A stretch of DNA of 64,000 nucleotides from Williopsis jadinii (Eukaryota), in the NCBI GenBank assembly GCA_024346625.1, contig AP024664.1, forward strand, positions 2,914,001 through 2,978,000, read 5' to 3'. A program made the position numbers and the translations under genes. Shown here piece after piece: positions 43,772-53,616 of this stretch (position 1 is its first letter; the number at the start of each line of letters is the position of its first letter). The notes under the pieces are model-generated. The model saw only the letters and a list, made by a program, of their open reading frames with translations, was not told the origin of the DNA and did no database searches.

Positions 43772-45868
43772 ATGTTTTCGTTCCAGCCACAAGAGTATAC
43801 GCTGAAACAAACAGAAGAGACGTTTAGGTCAGTACCATCTTCGAAGACGTTCACAAACTCCTTCTCCGCGATCGAAGAAGCGAAGGAAGGTCAGTTCATG
43901 GATTCGATGAGGGTGCAGAACAACAACAACCCATTCGAAGAATCTATGAGACAGGCGAACTTGAGAGATAAAGTATCCTCTGAAGCCGCACTCTTGGAAC
44001 CTTGTCCCCCATTCCTTCAACAGCAGCAACATTCAAAGCAGGATTCCTGCAACTCTGTATCGTCGATCGACACAACGTTTAGCCATAGGCTACGGCGGTT
44101 CAACTCTTCCTCGTCCGTAGGATCACAGCAGAGTGTCGGTACTTTCAACGGGTTACCACTATCGCCCACCACGACATCTGGGATGTTGAAAAAAGTGGCT
44201 AAATTTGCATTACAACCGGGCGTGAAGTTGTTGAAGAATGAGGACACTGCAGAGCTGATGTCTTCCCCAACTGACAGTACTTTCTTCATCGACGTTAGAC
44301 CGTTTACCGAGTTCAACTCGGGTCATGTGACTAACTCAATCAACTTAAATATACCATCGACGCTTTTGAAACGCCCAAATTTCACCTTGCAGAAGTGTTT
44401 GGGTAATATAACGTTTGGTGATAACGTGAGACTGACCAATTTCTTGGAATCTCATGAAATTCCACACAAGAGAATCGTGTTTTATGAACAGTACGAAATT
44501 ATTAATGGTGAAGTGCCTCTTACTCTTTATGGGTGTCTGAATAAGTTTATCAATGATGAGAGCTGCGACGCAGAACTCTGTGTCGTTGAGTCAGGCTTCC
44601 AGTCTTTTGGATCGCAATATCCCGAGTTTGTTGATAATGCTCGAGTCAGCACATCCTCATCGCAACAAACAGAACTGAAACCACCACCTCATGGCCGATC
44701 TTTATCACTGGCTAACATACCAAGTACATTGTCAGTTTCACCAAACTTGGCAAGGTTTCATTTGCCAAAAATCCCTCAAACACCAGTGTTCAAGATTCGT
44801 CATAATGAAGAGTTTTACGATTTTGACAATTACAAAGTCCTTAATGAGTTCAAATTCCTTAGCTTGGCTATGAATCACTCAACCAGCGACAAGACACCAA
44901 AATGGTTAACCAATTTGTTTGAACATAGTTCTAAGTTGTCCTTAATTGAAAAGTTCAAATCTTTGGAGATTGAAGAGAGAAACCGTATCAATGCGATGAT
45001 CTCATCTGATGGCGTTGGATCTGGAATCGAGCTTGGCTTCAAAAATAGATATAAGGATATTTTCCCGTACGAACATTCAAGAGTGAAGTTGGCCAGCACG
45101 CCCACTCATGAAAGCCATGATTACATCAATGCTAACTTTGTAAGTGCTCCAAATGTGTCGAGGATGAAGTACATTGCGACACAGGCGCCTTTGGAATCTA
45201 CAGCCAAGGATTTTGCCAAACTATGCCACGATAACAGAGTTGAATTAATTATCACTTTAACAAGCCAATTCGAAAATGGTGTGGAGAAATGCTACCCATA
45301 TTGGGACGATATCAACTTCGACCTCTTGGAGACTTACAAATCCGACGAAATGGTCATTAGAAGGTTGAAGTCGAACCCGTACAATGAAGACATCCTACAG
45401 ATACAAATCCTTAACTGGTCAGACCTGGATGTTTTGCTGAACTCACAGCAAGATGACGTTTTAAAATTGATCTACTTAAAGAGCATGATTCTTGAACGTC
45501 TGCACAAGACCAATGACAACGTAATCGTCCACTGTTCTGCTGGGTGTGGACGCACAGGGACGTTTTGCACGTTGGACTCCATCATCAATGAGCAATTTGT
45601 CACTGACAAAAGTTCGATTGAAGGTTATAATGTCTTTGATCCTGTTTTCGAGACTGTTGAAACTTTTAGAAATCAACGTATATCGATGGTGCAAAATTTG
45701 AGACAGTATTTGTTTATCTATGACTGTTTATTGAATTACTACGAGAACTTCAATGGGTTTTCGAATGAAGTCTTTCATCTATTGGACAATTTGGAGATAT
45801 TGGTACATTTTTTCCAAAAAGAGTCCACCACCGTTTTGGCAACGAAAAAATTATCCATCAGTTGTTGA
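43772..45868 (+). CDS. PTP3: MAPK tyrosine phosphatase (rhodanese + PTP), Ptp2/Ptp3 type
   Basis: IDVRPF...INLNIPSTLLKR, KNRYKDIFPYEHSRV, YIATQAP, HCSAGCGRTG, QRISMVQ. Confidence 0.85.
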   Translation: MFSFQPQEYTLKQTEETFRSVPSSKTFTNSFSAIEEAKEGQFMDSMRVQNNNNPFEESMRQANLRDKVSSEAALLEPCPPFLQQQQHSKQDSCNSVSSIDTTFSHRLRRFNSSSSVGSQQSVGTFNGLPLSPTTTSGMLKKVAKFALQPGVKLLKNEDTAELMSSPTDSTFFIDVRPFTEFNSGHVTNSINLNIPSTLLKRPNFTLQKCLGNITFGDNVRLTNFLESHEIPHKRIVFYEQYEIINGEVPLTLYGCLNKFINDESCDAELCVVESGFQSFGSQYPEFVDNARVSTSSSQQTELKPPPHGRSLSLANIPSTLSVSPNLARFHLPKIPQTPVFKIRHNEEFYDFDNYKVLNEFKFLSLAMNHSTSDKTPKWLTNLFEHSSKLSLIEKFKSLEIEERNRINAMISSDGVGSGIELGFKNRYKDIFPYEHSRVKLASTPTHESHDYINANFVSAPNVSRMKYIATQAPLESTAKDFAKLCHDNRVELIITLTSQFENGVEKCYPYWDDINFDLLETYKSDEMVIRRLKSNPYNEDILQIQILNWSDLDVLLNSQQDDVLKLIYLKSMILERLHKTNDNVIVHCSAGCGRTGTFCTLDSIINEQFVTDKSSIEGYNVFDPVFETVETFRNQRISMVQNLRQYLFIYDCLLNYYENFNGFSNEVFHLLDNLEILVHFFQKESTTVLATKKLSISC

Positions 45869-46103
45869 TTCACGTACACTAATGATCACCCCCTTCACAC
45901 TGTTCCTTTTAGAAGTTTTAGTTGGTTTCCTGTTCTACGCTTTTTGGTATTCTGTTTGTCTTTTGTTTTGTTTCTTATTCTCATATTCTAATGAATCTTA
46001 CGAATCTTCCTTGTTTAATCCCATGTATATTCCTCCTCATCATTAGAAATCCATCAATCTATAGAACATATCGAACCTGTTTGCTTAAAGGATAGTAGCA
46101 ACG

Positions 46104-46467
46104 CTAACCCAAGATCAATTCGTACAAGATGACAACCACGTTGACAATGATCAACGGCATTCTCATAACAGTCTGTACTGATGACACTATATTCATTAGC
46201 CTACTTAGAGCGGTTGTTTCAGGCTGTCCAAAAGCAGGCTGGCTATTCAAAAACCCGACTGAGTCTGTCTCGTTAGTACACGTAGAGAGGATGCTTGGCT
46301 ATTTACGGTATTGCTACTTACGCCTGTTCAGGAATCTCTCCTCATTGAGCACAGCAACTGCGTTAACTAGCAAAAGAATAACTTGGTGTTTATGTTAGTG
46401 CATCGCGTTCTGGTTCCCTATTCAACTGAAGCGCCTCACCATAAAAGAGTCTTCCGAGTCCAAACAT
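46104..46467 (-). CDS. YOS1: ER-Golgi transport protein Yos1/IER3IP1; 3 exons (46440-46467, 46322-46381, 46104-46258), 80 aa
   Basis: Spliced MFGLGRLFYVILLLVNAVAVLNEERFLNRLG...VQTVMRMPLIIVNVVVILYELILG. Not in the ORF track. Confidence 0.93.
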
Positions 46468-47440
46468 CGCTTTCCTTCTTCACGTTCACCTTGTGGGGAT
46501 TGTGCTAACAGCCAACGTTGAGTTCTTGAAGTTGATGTGGATGTTGTGCTTTGAAACGAGCGAGCTGATTCAGCTCATATTTCGCGAATTCCAGTGTCTT
46601 CTTCCAGCTCACACGCCAAAATACACGTTAACCCCAGCAGTGACATGAGATGATTCTTTGATTAACGCACCAAAAGACTTTCTGGGTTTTGTTGATGGCT
46701 TTGAGATGTGTACAGAATATCAGTCATCAATCGAGAGAAAGAAGCACATTGAATTGAACATTGATGGCGAGCATCAACGATGAAGAGACGGGGAAACTAT
46801 GATGGATCGAAGGTGGTGTCCGGGTGTTATATGTAACCAGGCATTGTAACTACAGTAGAATCCGCAAGATATATATAGTTGTAGACTCTAAGTAGGCTGC
46901 ATAATATTCATGCTTCTATTTGCCATGATATTAGTAAGAATTTCTGACTATTGTAATAATTGAGTATCAATTGGATTTTATGGTATTACTATTTTGATGT
47001 CTGAATTTCATAGTATAACATGGTCTCACCTTTTTCTTTTAAATACTGAGTATTACTGATAACAAATCAAAGCCATATATTTGACCTTCTTTACATTGTT
47101 AATCACGATATTCGTACACAAATATGAATAGGATATTAGCTCACGTCTTATAGACGTCATTACTCCAGATTCTTTCCAATTTCCCATATATAAATGTCCT
47201 CTACCAACTGACAAATGTGACCCCAAGGGTACGTAAACGCTCATAACGCCCAGTGGTGAAACACCTGGACACCGGTACAGATTTACTAATCAGGAAGGTG
47301 AATCCCCTCCTCCAAACCCTGACCTCGGGATTTAGGTACAGATGATCAATTTCTCTCGTCGGCTAATCAAGCAGATTGGGCAAACAGCATTTATCACCTT
47401 CTGCCTTCTTTTTCCTCCTTTAGAGTAATCAGACAAGCTG

Positions 47441-50416
47441 ATGAAGAGCTGGAGATTCAACACTCCTTCGATATTGTACAAATCTTTCAACCATCAATCG
47501 TCACCTATCTTAAACAACACCATTCACAACAGGTCTATCATGACGTTTAACAAGTCCAACGGTATCGAAAAGCCCGACTTGGACGATAGACAGTACAAGG
47601 TCATCACCCTTGACAACAAGTTGAAAGCTTTATTGATTAGTGATCCAAAGGCTGATAAGAGTGCTGCTGCATTGGATGTCAATGTCGGTGCCTTTAGTGA
47701 CTACGAACATTTGCCTGGGTTGGCGCACTTTTGTGAGCATTTGCTCTTTATGGGAACTGAGAAGTATCCAGATGAGAATGAGTATTCCAGTTACTTGTCG
47801 AACCATGGTGGTCACTCAAACGCATACACAGCTGCTGAAGATACCAATTACTACTTTGAAGTGAACCATCAGTATTTGGAGGGAGCTTTGGATAGATTCT
47901 CTCAGTTCTTCATTGCCCCTTTGTTTGATCCAAGTTGTAAGGACCGTGAGATCAGGGCTGTTGACTCTGAGAACAAAAAGAACCTACAGAACGATACCTG
48001 GAGATTGTACCAGTTAGACAAGTCTCTGTCCAACCCAAGCCATCCCTATCATAAGTTCTCCACCGGTAATTTGCAAACATTGGGCGAGATTCCGGCGGGC
48101 AAGGGCATTGACGTTAGAGATGAACTTCTCAAGTTTTACAAAGAGTCATACTCTTCAAACTTGATGAAACTAGCTGTTATTGGAAGAGAAGACTTATCAA
48201 CATTGGAGAAATGGGTCGTGGAAAAATTCACCACAGTGCCAAACTACAATACTGCAAAGCCGGTGTTTGATGCACCAGTATTCACCCACAATGAATTACA
48301 GAAATTGATTAAGGCGAAACCGGTGATGTCAAAGAACAAGTTGGGACTATCTTTCTCTGTTCCTGACCATGACAACAGTTGGGACGTTCAATCTTCTCAT
48401 TATTTCAGCCATCTGATTGGACATGAAGGAAATGGGTCTATTTTGGCATATTTGAAAGAACAAGGTTGGGCAAACTCCTTATCAGCTGGTGGATATACCA
48501 TCTCTAAGGGTAATGCAACGTTCGGTGTCGATGTTGATTTGACTGAAAAGGGTTTGCAACATTACGAAGATGTATTATACACCATTTTCCAGTTCTTGGA
48601 AATTGTCAGAAACGAAGAACCTCATCAATGGATCTATGAAGAATTGAAAGAGATTAGTGAGATGAACTTCAAGTTCAAGCAAAAAAGCTCCCCTTCATCC
48701 ACAGTTTCAAGCTTGGCAAAGGATTTGCAAAAGGACTACGTTCCGGATGATTACGTCTTGAGTAGACGAGTCATGAGAAGATATGACCCAGCTTTGATCA
48801 AAGAATTTGGTTCTTCATTGACTGTTGACAATCTAAGAGTTACCTTGGTTTCCCAATCTGTGGATACAAATAAGACTGAAAAGTGGTACGGAACAGAGTA
48901 CTCAGTGGAAGATTTAAGCCCTGAGTTCATTTCAAAATTATCCAAGCCATCTCCTAACCCTGAGCTAAGATTCCCTAAACCAAACGAGTTCATCCCAACA
49001 AAGTTTGACGTTGAAAGAGTTGAAGTTCAAGAACCGTTGAAGAAGCCAAAACTTTTGCAAAATGACGACAAGTTCAGATTCTGGTTTAAGAAAGATGACC
49101 AATTTTGGGTTCCAAAGGCTTGTGTTCAATTGTTTCTGAACCTGCCTGCTACAACCGGAACCCCAAGTGCAAATGCTATGACGACGCTTTTCTCAGAGCT
49201 GTTGCAAGATGCTCTCATTGATATATCCTACAATGCTGAAATTGCCATGCTACACTTCAATTTGATTACAGGCAAGGAAGGACTAGTGTTGAGCTTTGAC
49301 GGTTACAATGAGAAGTTGTCGGTCTTGATTCAAGAGGTTCTCGAGGCAATGGTTACATTCAAACCTCAGAAGCACAGGTTCGAAGTCATCAAAGAAAAGA
49401 GAATCAGAAACTTGAAGAACTTTGAGTATAAACCACCGTATAATCAAGTAACAACAGTTTTCTCCACTTTGGTGAACGAAAAGGTGTTTTCCACTCATGA
49501 CATGATTGAAGCTGTGAATAACACAACCTTTGAAGACATTGAGAGATTTATTCCTGGAATTTTTAAGCAAGCATTTGTTGAAGGTTTAATCATTGGTAAC
49601 TATAAAGAACAAGAGGCACTTGAAATTACAAAGCTGATCACCGGAAGCTTGTCATTTGCCCCACTGTTCTCCGCACAGAGATTCAAGCCAAGATCCTATA
49701 TCTTACCTGAAGAGAAGACCTTCAGATACGAACTGTTGTTGCCAGATGAAAACAATACAAACACATGCATCCAATACTTTATCCAAGCAGGTGAAACTCG
49801 TGACAGCCGTCAATATGCTCAAGTGGAACTACTTGCTCAAATCATCAAGGAGCCAGCTTTTGACATTCTTCGTACCAAAGAACAATTGGGTTACATTGTG
49901 TTTAGTGGATTGCTTGAAACCAGAACCACTTTTGGTCTGAGAATCATCATCCAGAGTGAGAGAAACGCAGCATACTTAGAGTCTAGAATTGCCAATTTCC
50001 TCAAGCTATTCCAGGTAACACTGAAGGAGATGCCAGCTGAAAAGTTTGAGCATCACAAGGAGGCGTTGATTCATAAGAAACTGGAGTCGTTGAAGAACCT
50101 CCACCAGGAGAATGCAAGATACACTGCTGCCATTTCTAACGGTGTCTATGACTTCTTGTCCAACGAAGTTGCAGTTGAACATTTGAAGAGCATCACGAAG
50201 CAAGAGACAGAGACGTACTATGACAAGTTTGTCCTAAATGGCACATCAAAGTTGATTGTAAACTTGTTGGCCAAAGCTGGTACCGATAACGAAACCGTTG
50301 AAGGATTCCCAACTGGCGAGACAATTAAATGTTCTGGCGAACTGCAAGCAAGATTGTACTTGACTCCAGCACCGGCTCCATTAGAAGGGAGCATCTCCTT
50401 CGATCCAAAGTTATAA
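47441..50416 (+). CDS. STE23: Insulysin-family (M16A) metalloprotease
   Basis: PGLAHFCEHLLFMGT (HxxEH), AVDSE, HLIGHEG, LRTKEQLGYIVFS. Confidence 0.92.
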   Translation: MKSWRFNTPSILYKSFNHQSSPILNNTIHNRSIMTFNKSNGIEKPDLDDRQYKVITLDNKLKALLISDPKADKSAAALDVNVGAFSDYEHLPGLAHFCEHLLFMGTEKYPDENEYSSYLSNHGGHSNAYTAAEDTNYYFEVNHQYLEGALDRFSQFFIAPLFDPSCKDREIRAVDSENKKNLQNDTWRLYQLDKSLSNPSHPYHKFSTGNLQTLGEIPAGKGIDVRDELLKFYKESYSSNLMKLAVIGREDLSTLEKWVVEKFTTVPNYNTAKPVFDAPVFTHNELQKLIKAKPVMSKNKLGLSFSVPDHDNSWDVQSSHYFSHLIGHEGNGSILAYLKEQGWANSLSAGGYTISKGNATFGVDVDLTEKGLQHYEDVLYTIFQFLEIVRNEEPHQWIYEELKEISEMNFKFKQKSSPSSTVSSLAKDLQKDYVPDDYVLSRRVMRRYDPALIKEFGSSLTVDNLRVTLVSQSVDTNKTEKWYGTEYSVEDLSPEFISKLSKPSPNPELRFPKPNEFIPTKFDVERVEVQEPLKKPKLLQNDDKFRFWFKKDDQFWVPKACVQLFLNLPATTGTPSANAMTTLFSELLQDALIDISYNAEIAMLHFNLITGKEGLVLSFDGYNEKLSVLIQEVLEAMVTFKPQKHRFEVIKEKRIRNLKNFEYKPPYNQVTTVFSTLVNEKVFSTHDMIEAVNNTTFEDIERFIPGIFKQAFVEGLIIGNYKEQEALEITKLITGSLSFAPLFSAQRFKPRSYILPEEKTFRYELLLPDENNTNTCIQYFIQAGETRDSRQYAQVELLAQIIKEPAFDILRTKEQLGYIVFSGLLETRTTFGLRIIIQSERNAAYLESRIANFLKLFQVTLKEMPAEKFEHHKEALIHKKLESLKNLHQENARYTAAISNGVYDFLSNEVAVEHLKSITKQETETYYDKFVLNGTSKLIVNLLAKAGTDNETVEGFPTGETIKCSGELQARLYLTPAPAPLEGSISFDPKL

Positions 50417-50701
50417 ATACCCATAGCTGTTGTATTAAATGATTCCATCCATATATCATTGTTAGCAATGTAGTCATCCGTGTGGCCCTTACCATAAATG
50501 TGTCAACTCTTTGATAAGCAGTCATCCACGGTTAATCATGGAAATCATCACCATCCATAACAAACATTTGTTGACATTCGTCAAAGAGGTATCATATTTG
50601 GTGTACTTTTGGTAATTGCTTGTGAGTATATGGTTCCAGCCAATCATTTCTATGGGGGCGCTTATTGTGAAGGAGAAGCACTGACAAATGGAACCAGGAA
50701 G

Positions 50702-53188
50702 ATGAGCGCATTGGAAGGTGAGCCTACTCTACCGCCTTCCTCACTGAACCAGATGGGCGGCAGAGCCATAGACGAGGAAACGCCCTTGCTCCAAACAGGA
50801 CAGGTTTCACCTTCAAAAGCTGGTGGTATCATTCCATCGTTGGCCTCAGTTTGGTACACGCTACCGTTTCTAAGGACCTCGGCGGTTACTCTGCGTAACG
50901 GGGTCAGGAACCACAAGCTGTTAGCAGTGCCATTGACGCTCTTCGTGGGTTGGCTTATCGTGGTGATATGTGTTGTTGTATTCAAAGGTCCACAAGTGTT
51001 TGATGAAAGCTCTTATGTCCACATTAGCGGCGTTGAAGTCTCGAATATAACAGATACAGGCTTGTTGGTGAATGTGCAGGGTATGATCAGCATAGATTAT
51101 GGGAAGCTTGGCTGGTTCTTGAGGAGTATTTTCATCCCATTGACCATGTTACTTGGTGAATTGACGATACAAACAAATGAGAAGGGGGTTGAGCTGTTTG
51201 TGAATTTGCCAGAGTACGACGATGAGAACTTTTATCATCCAGTGAGTTGCCTTTTACCACCACTTACCATTGATTTTACCCAAGGGAGTATCAACTCTTT
51301 CCACATACCTATACAAGTTGAGATCAACCCATATGATACGAGCAAAGTCTATTCTCAATATCTCGCCTTGAGAGATGTCAGTCGATTGCAAGATATTGAG
51401 ATCTCTGCTGTATTCAACTCAAGATTTTACGTTAGCAAATCGGTCCCATTAGGGACCTACAGCGTTAAAGAGAAAAGGCAAATAACAATTCCTTCAAATA
51501 CTGAGTCAGGACTTTTCGATTATACATTGAAGTCATACAATGTCTCCATAGAAGGTGAATCCATCCAATCATCAGTTGAAGTGGGTCTAAAAAGCTTGGG
51601 TATACCTGTGAATGCTCATGTTGGTAAGATCGACTGGGACGTCTACAGTGCTGGATGCCTCAACAATATAATATATACTGCAAGTATAACCACGGAAGAG
51701 GTACAATTCAAAAATGGAGAACCAACGATTATAAGGGCTTCCCTTAGTGTACCAAGATTCGATAAATCTTTGGAACGGCATTGTCCCGATGGGTTATCCC
51801 CTATTAACAGATCATTGAAGAAGTTTCTTGAATCCAGTACAAATGTTTTCGTCTCTGCCAGAATCAACTCGGAAGCAAACGCAAACTTGCCAAAGTGGTT
51901 GTACCTAATAATCACAAACATCTTTCAGCCAATATCGTTATCAAAGAAGGCTTTCACTAGAGCACACCACAAGCCCTTGAATTATGACCTATCATCTGCA
52001 AGTATCATGGTAGCTAATGACGCTAAGATCTTACCAGAGTTAAGTGCACAATTTGAGTTGATATTGGATCTTCCAGTGCCAAATTATAAGAACCAACTGT
52101 TCAACTTGAAGAAGGTGCTTGGCGACCTTTGTATTGTATACAAAAATGAGATCGTATTGAAGATATATCTCCACAGTTGGCAACAAACTGAAACATATTC
52201 GGAGATCATAGACCTTTTTGTCCAAGGTGCAATGATCGATATAGTTAATGATCATCTAACAGCTGAATTGGTTAAAAAGTTTCTCGATGGTGACAAATTT
52301 GAAACAATAGTTAAAGCCAAGATGGATATGGATTTGGTCACACCAGTATCAACAAAGATCTTTCAGCAGGTGGAGTATGAATCGAACATCACAATCCATG
52401 GAATTAAACATTCTATTGATGATGTCGAGATAAAACTTCATGATTTGATCTACATCACCTCATCCACATCAACCAATCTTAGATTGTTTGTCAACATGAT
52501 GGTCACTAATCCCTTCATTGTAAGTGCTGGTATCCAGTTTGTGAATATGAAGATCGCATACAATAACACAATCGTCGGTAATATTGAGATATCCGATACT
52601 GTATTATTGGCAGACAATTCTACGGAATTAACCACTATTTTGAGACTTGATTCCTCATCAGATAAAAGTCAGCAAGCACTTGAGGAGCTGTTAAGTAGAT
52701 ACATCTCAGGAAAAAAGCCAGAAATCATTATCACAGGTCACAATGATTCATGCAAGAGTGCTCACATTGCAAACATTCTATCAGAACTATCTCTACCATT
52801 TACAGTGCCAAGCTTCCACAATGATGGGAACAACGGATTCATTTTGGGTACGATCTTCCATGTGATGAGCTCAGAAGTCCAGATCACGGCTTACAACCCT
52901 GTGAATAATGAGCCTGCACTGATAAAGATCAACAGTGCAAAGGTTTTTTCAAAGGACATCGAGGTTGCAAACGTGAATACACCAACCCAGATTACTTTAC
53001 CCCCAGGTGTGTCAACAACAAGAAGGATTGCTATAACAATTGAACCAGAGGCTGCCGAGTTGTTACGAAAGTCAATCAACGGTAACCTTACATTACAAAC
53101 CATCGCAAACTTCGATTTCAGCATCGAGGACTTTTCTTTGAATCTAGATTACGAAGGCGAAGGGGTAGATTCTCAGATTAGACTGTGA
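50702..53188 (+). CDS. Type II vacuolar membrane protein, Tag1/YLR173W-like
   Basis: DEETPLL dileucine motif, single TM helix, large beta-rich glycosylated lumenal part (CPDGLSP, LLSRYISG, FHVMSS...YNP); probable 5'-UTR intron 50622-50697. Confidence 0.65.
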   Translation: MSALEGEPTLPPSSLNQMGGRAIDEETPLLQTGQVSPSKAGGIIPSLASVWYTLPFLRTSAVTLRNGVRNHKLLAVPLTLFVGWLIVVICVVVFKGPQVFDESSYVHISGVEVSNITDTGLLVNVQGMISIDYGKLGWFLRSIFIPLTMLLGELTIQTNEKGVELFVNLPEYDDENFYHPVSCLLPPLTIDFTQGSINSFHIPIQVEINPYDTSKVYSQYLALRDVSRLQDIEISAVFNSRFYVSKSVPLGTYSVKEKRQITIPSNTESGLFDYTLKSYNVSIEGESIQSSVEVGLKSLGIPVNAHVGKIDWDVYSAGCLNNIIYTASITTEEVQFKNGEPTIIRASLSVPRFDKSLERHCPDGLSPINRSLKKFLESSTNVFVSARINSEANANLPKWLYLIITNIFQPISLSKKAFTRAHHKPLNYDLSSASIMVANDAKILPELSAQFELILDLPVPNYKNQLFNLKKVLGDLCIVYKNEIVLKIYLHSWQQTETYSEIIDLFVQGAMIDIVNDHLTAELVKKFLDGDKFETIVKAKMDMDLVTPVSTKIFQQVEYESNITIHGIKHSIDDVEIKLHDLIYITSSTSTNLRLFVNMMVTNPFIVSAGIQFVNMKIAYNNTIVGNIEISDTVLLADNSTELTTILRLDSSSDKSQQALEELLSRYISGKKPEIIITGHNDSCKSAHIANILSELSLPFTVPSFHNDGNNGFILGTIFHVMSSEVQITAYNPVNNEPALIKINSAKVFSKDIEVANVNTPTQITLPPGVSTTRRIAITIEPEAAELLRKSINGNLTLQTIANFDFSIEDFSLNLDYEGEGVDSQIRL

Positions 53189-53276
53189 TATAGCTTAACA
53201 CAGCACACCACTAACGTGATGATCCTCAGCATAAATACACCGTTTATTCATTCTAAACAATTGCAAGCTAAAAAAA

Positions 53277-53457
53277 AGATGTGTCCTTTCATCGACATTC
53301 AAGACCCACTATCGAATCTCAAACTTCCTATCCAGGAATATTTAGCATTTGTCTAGGAAACGGTCATTATTGGGATCTTGTCCCAGAAATGGCAATGGAA
53401 TAGCTTGATAATTAACACTAATCCATCGTGGCAAATGTTTCCAGTTACTTTTTGATT
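53277..53457 (-). ncRNA. SNR34: Box H/ACA snoRNA, snR34 orthologue (25S pseudouridines equivalent to 2826 and 2880)
   Basis: Hairpin 1 GGAAAC/GTTTCC with pocket TGCCAC+GCCA; H box AGACAA; hairpin 2 pocket GATAGGAAG+GTCGATG; ACA then T-run; Tbf1-like site at 53556-53563. Confidence 0.85.
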
Positions 53458-53616
53458 GGGGAAAAGGAAAAAAAGTTGTTAAAAGGTAAGAAAAGTTTGT
53501 ACTGAAGAAATTTTTTTTTATCGTGGGAATTATCATCGGTAAGGGCAACAATACCTAGGGCTACAACATGTCAGATTGCGGAGCCATTATATATATTTAA
53601 GTGTAATATTAGAGGA

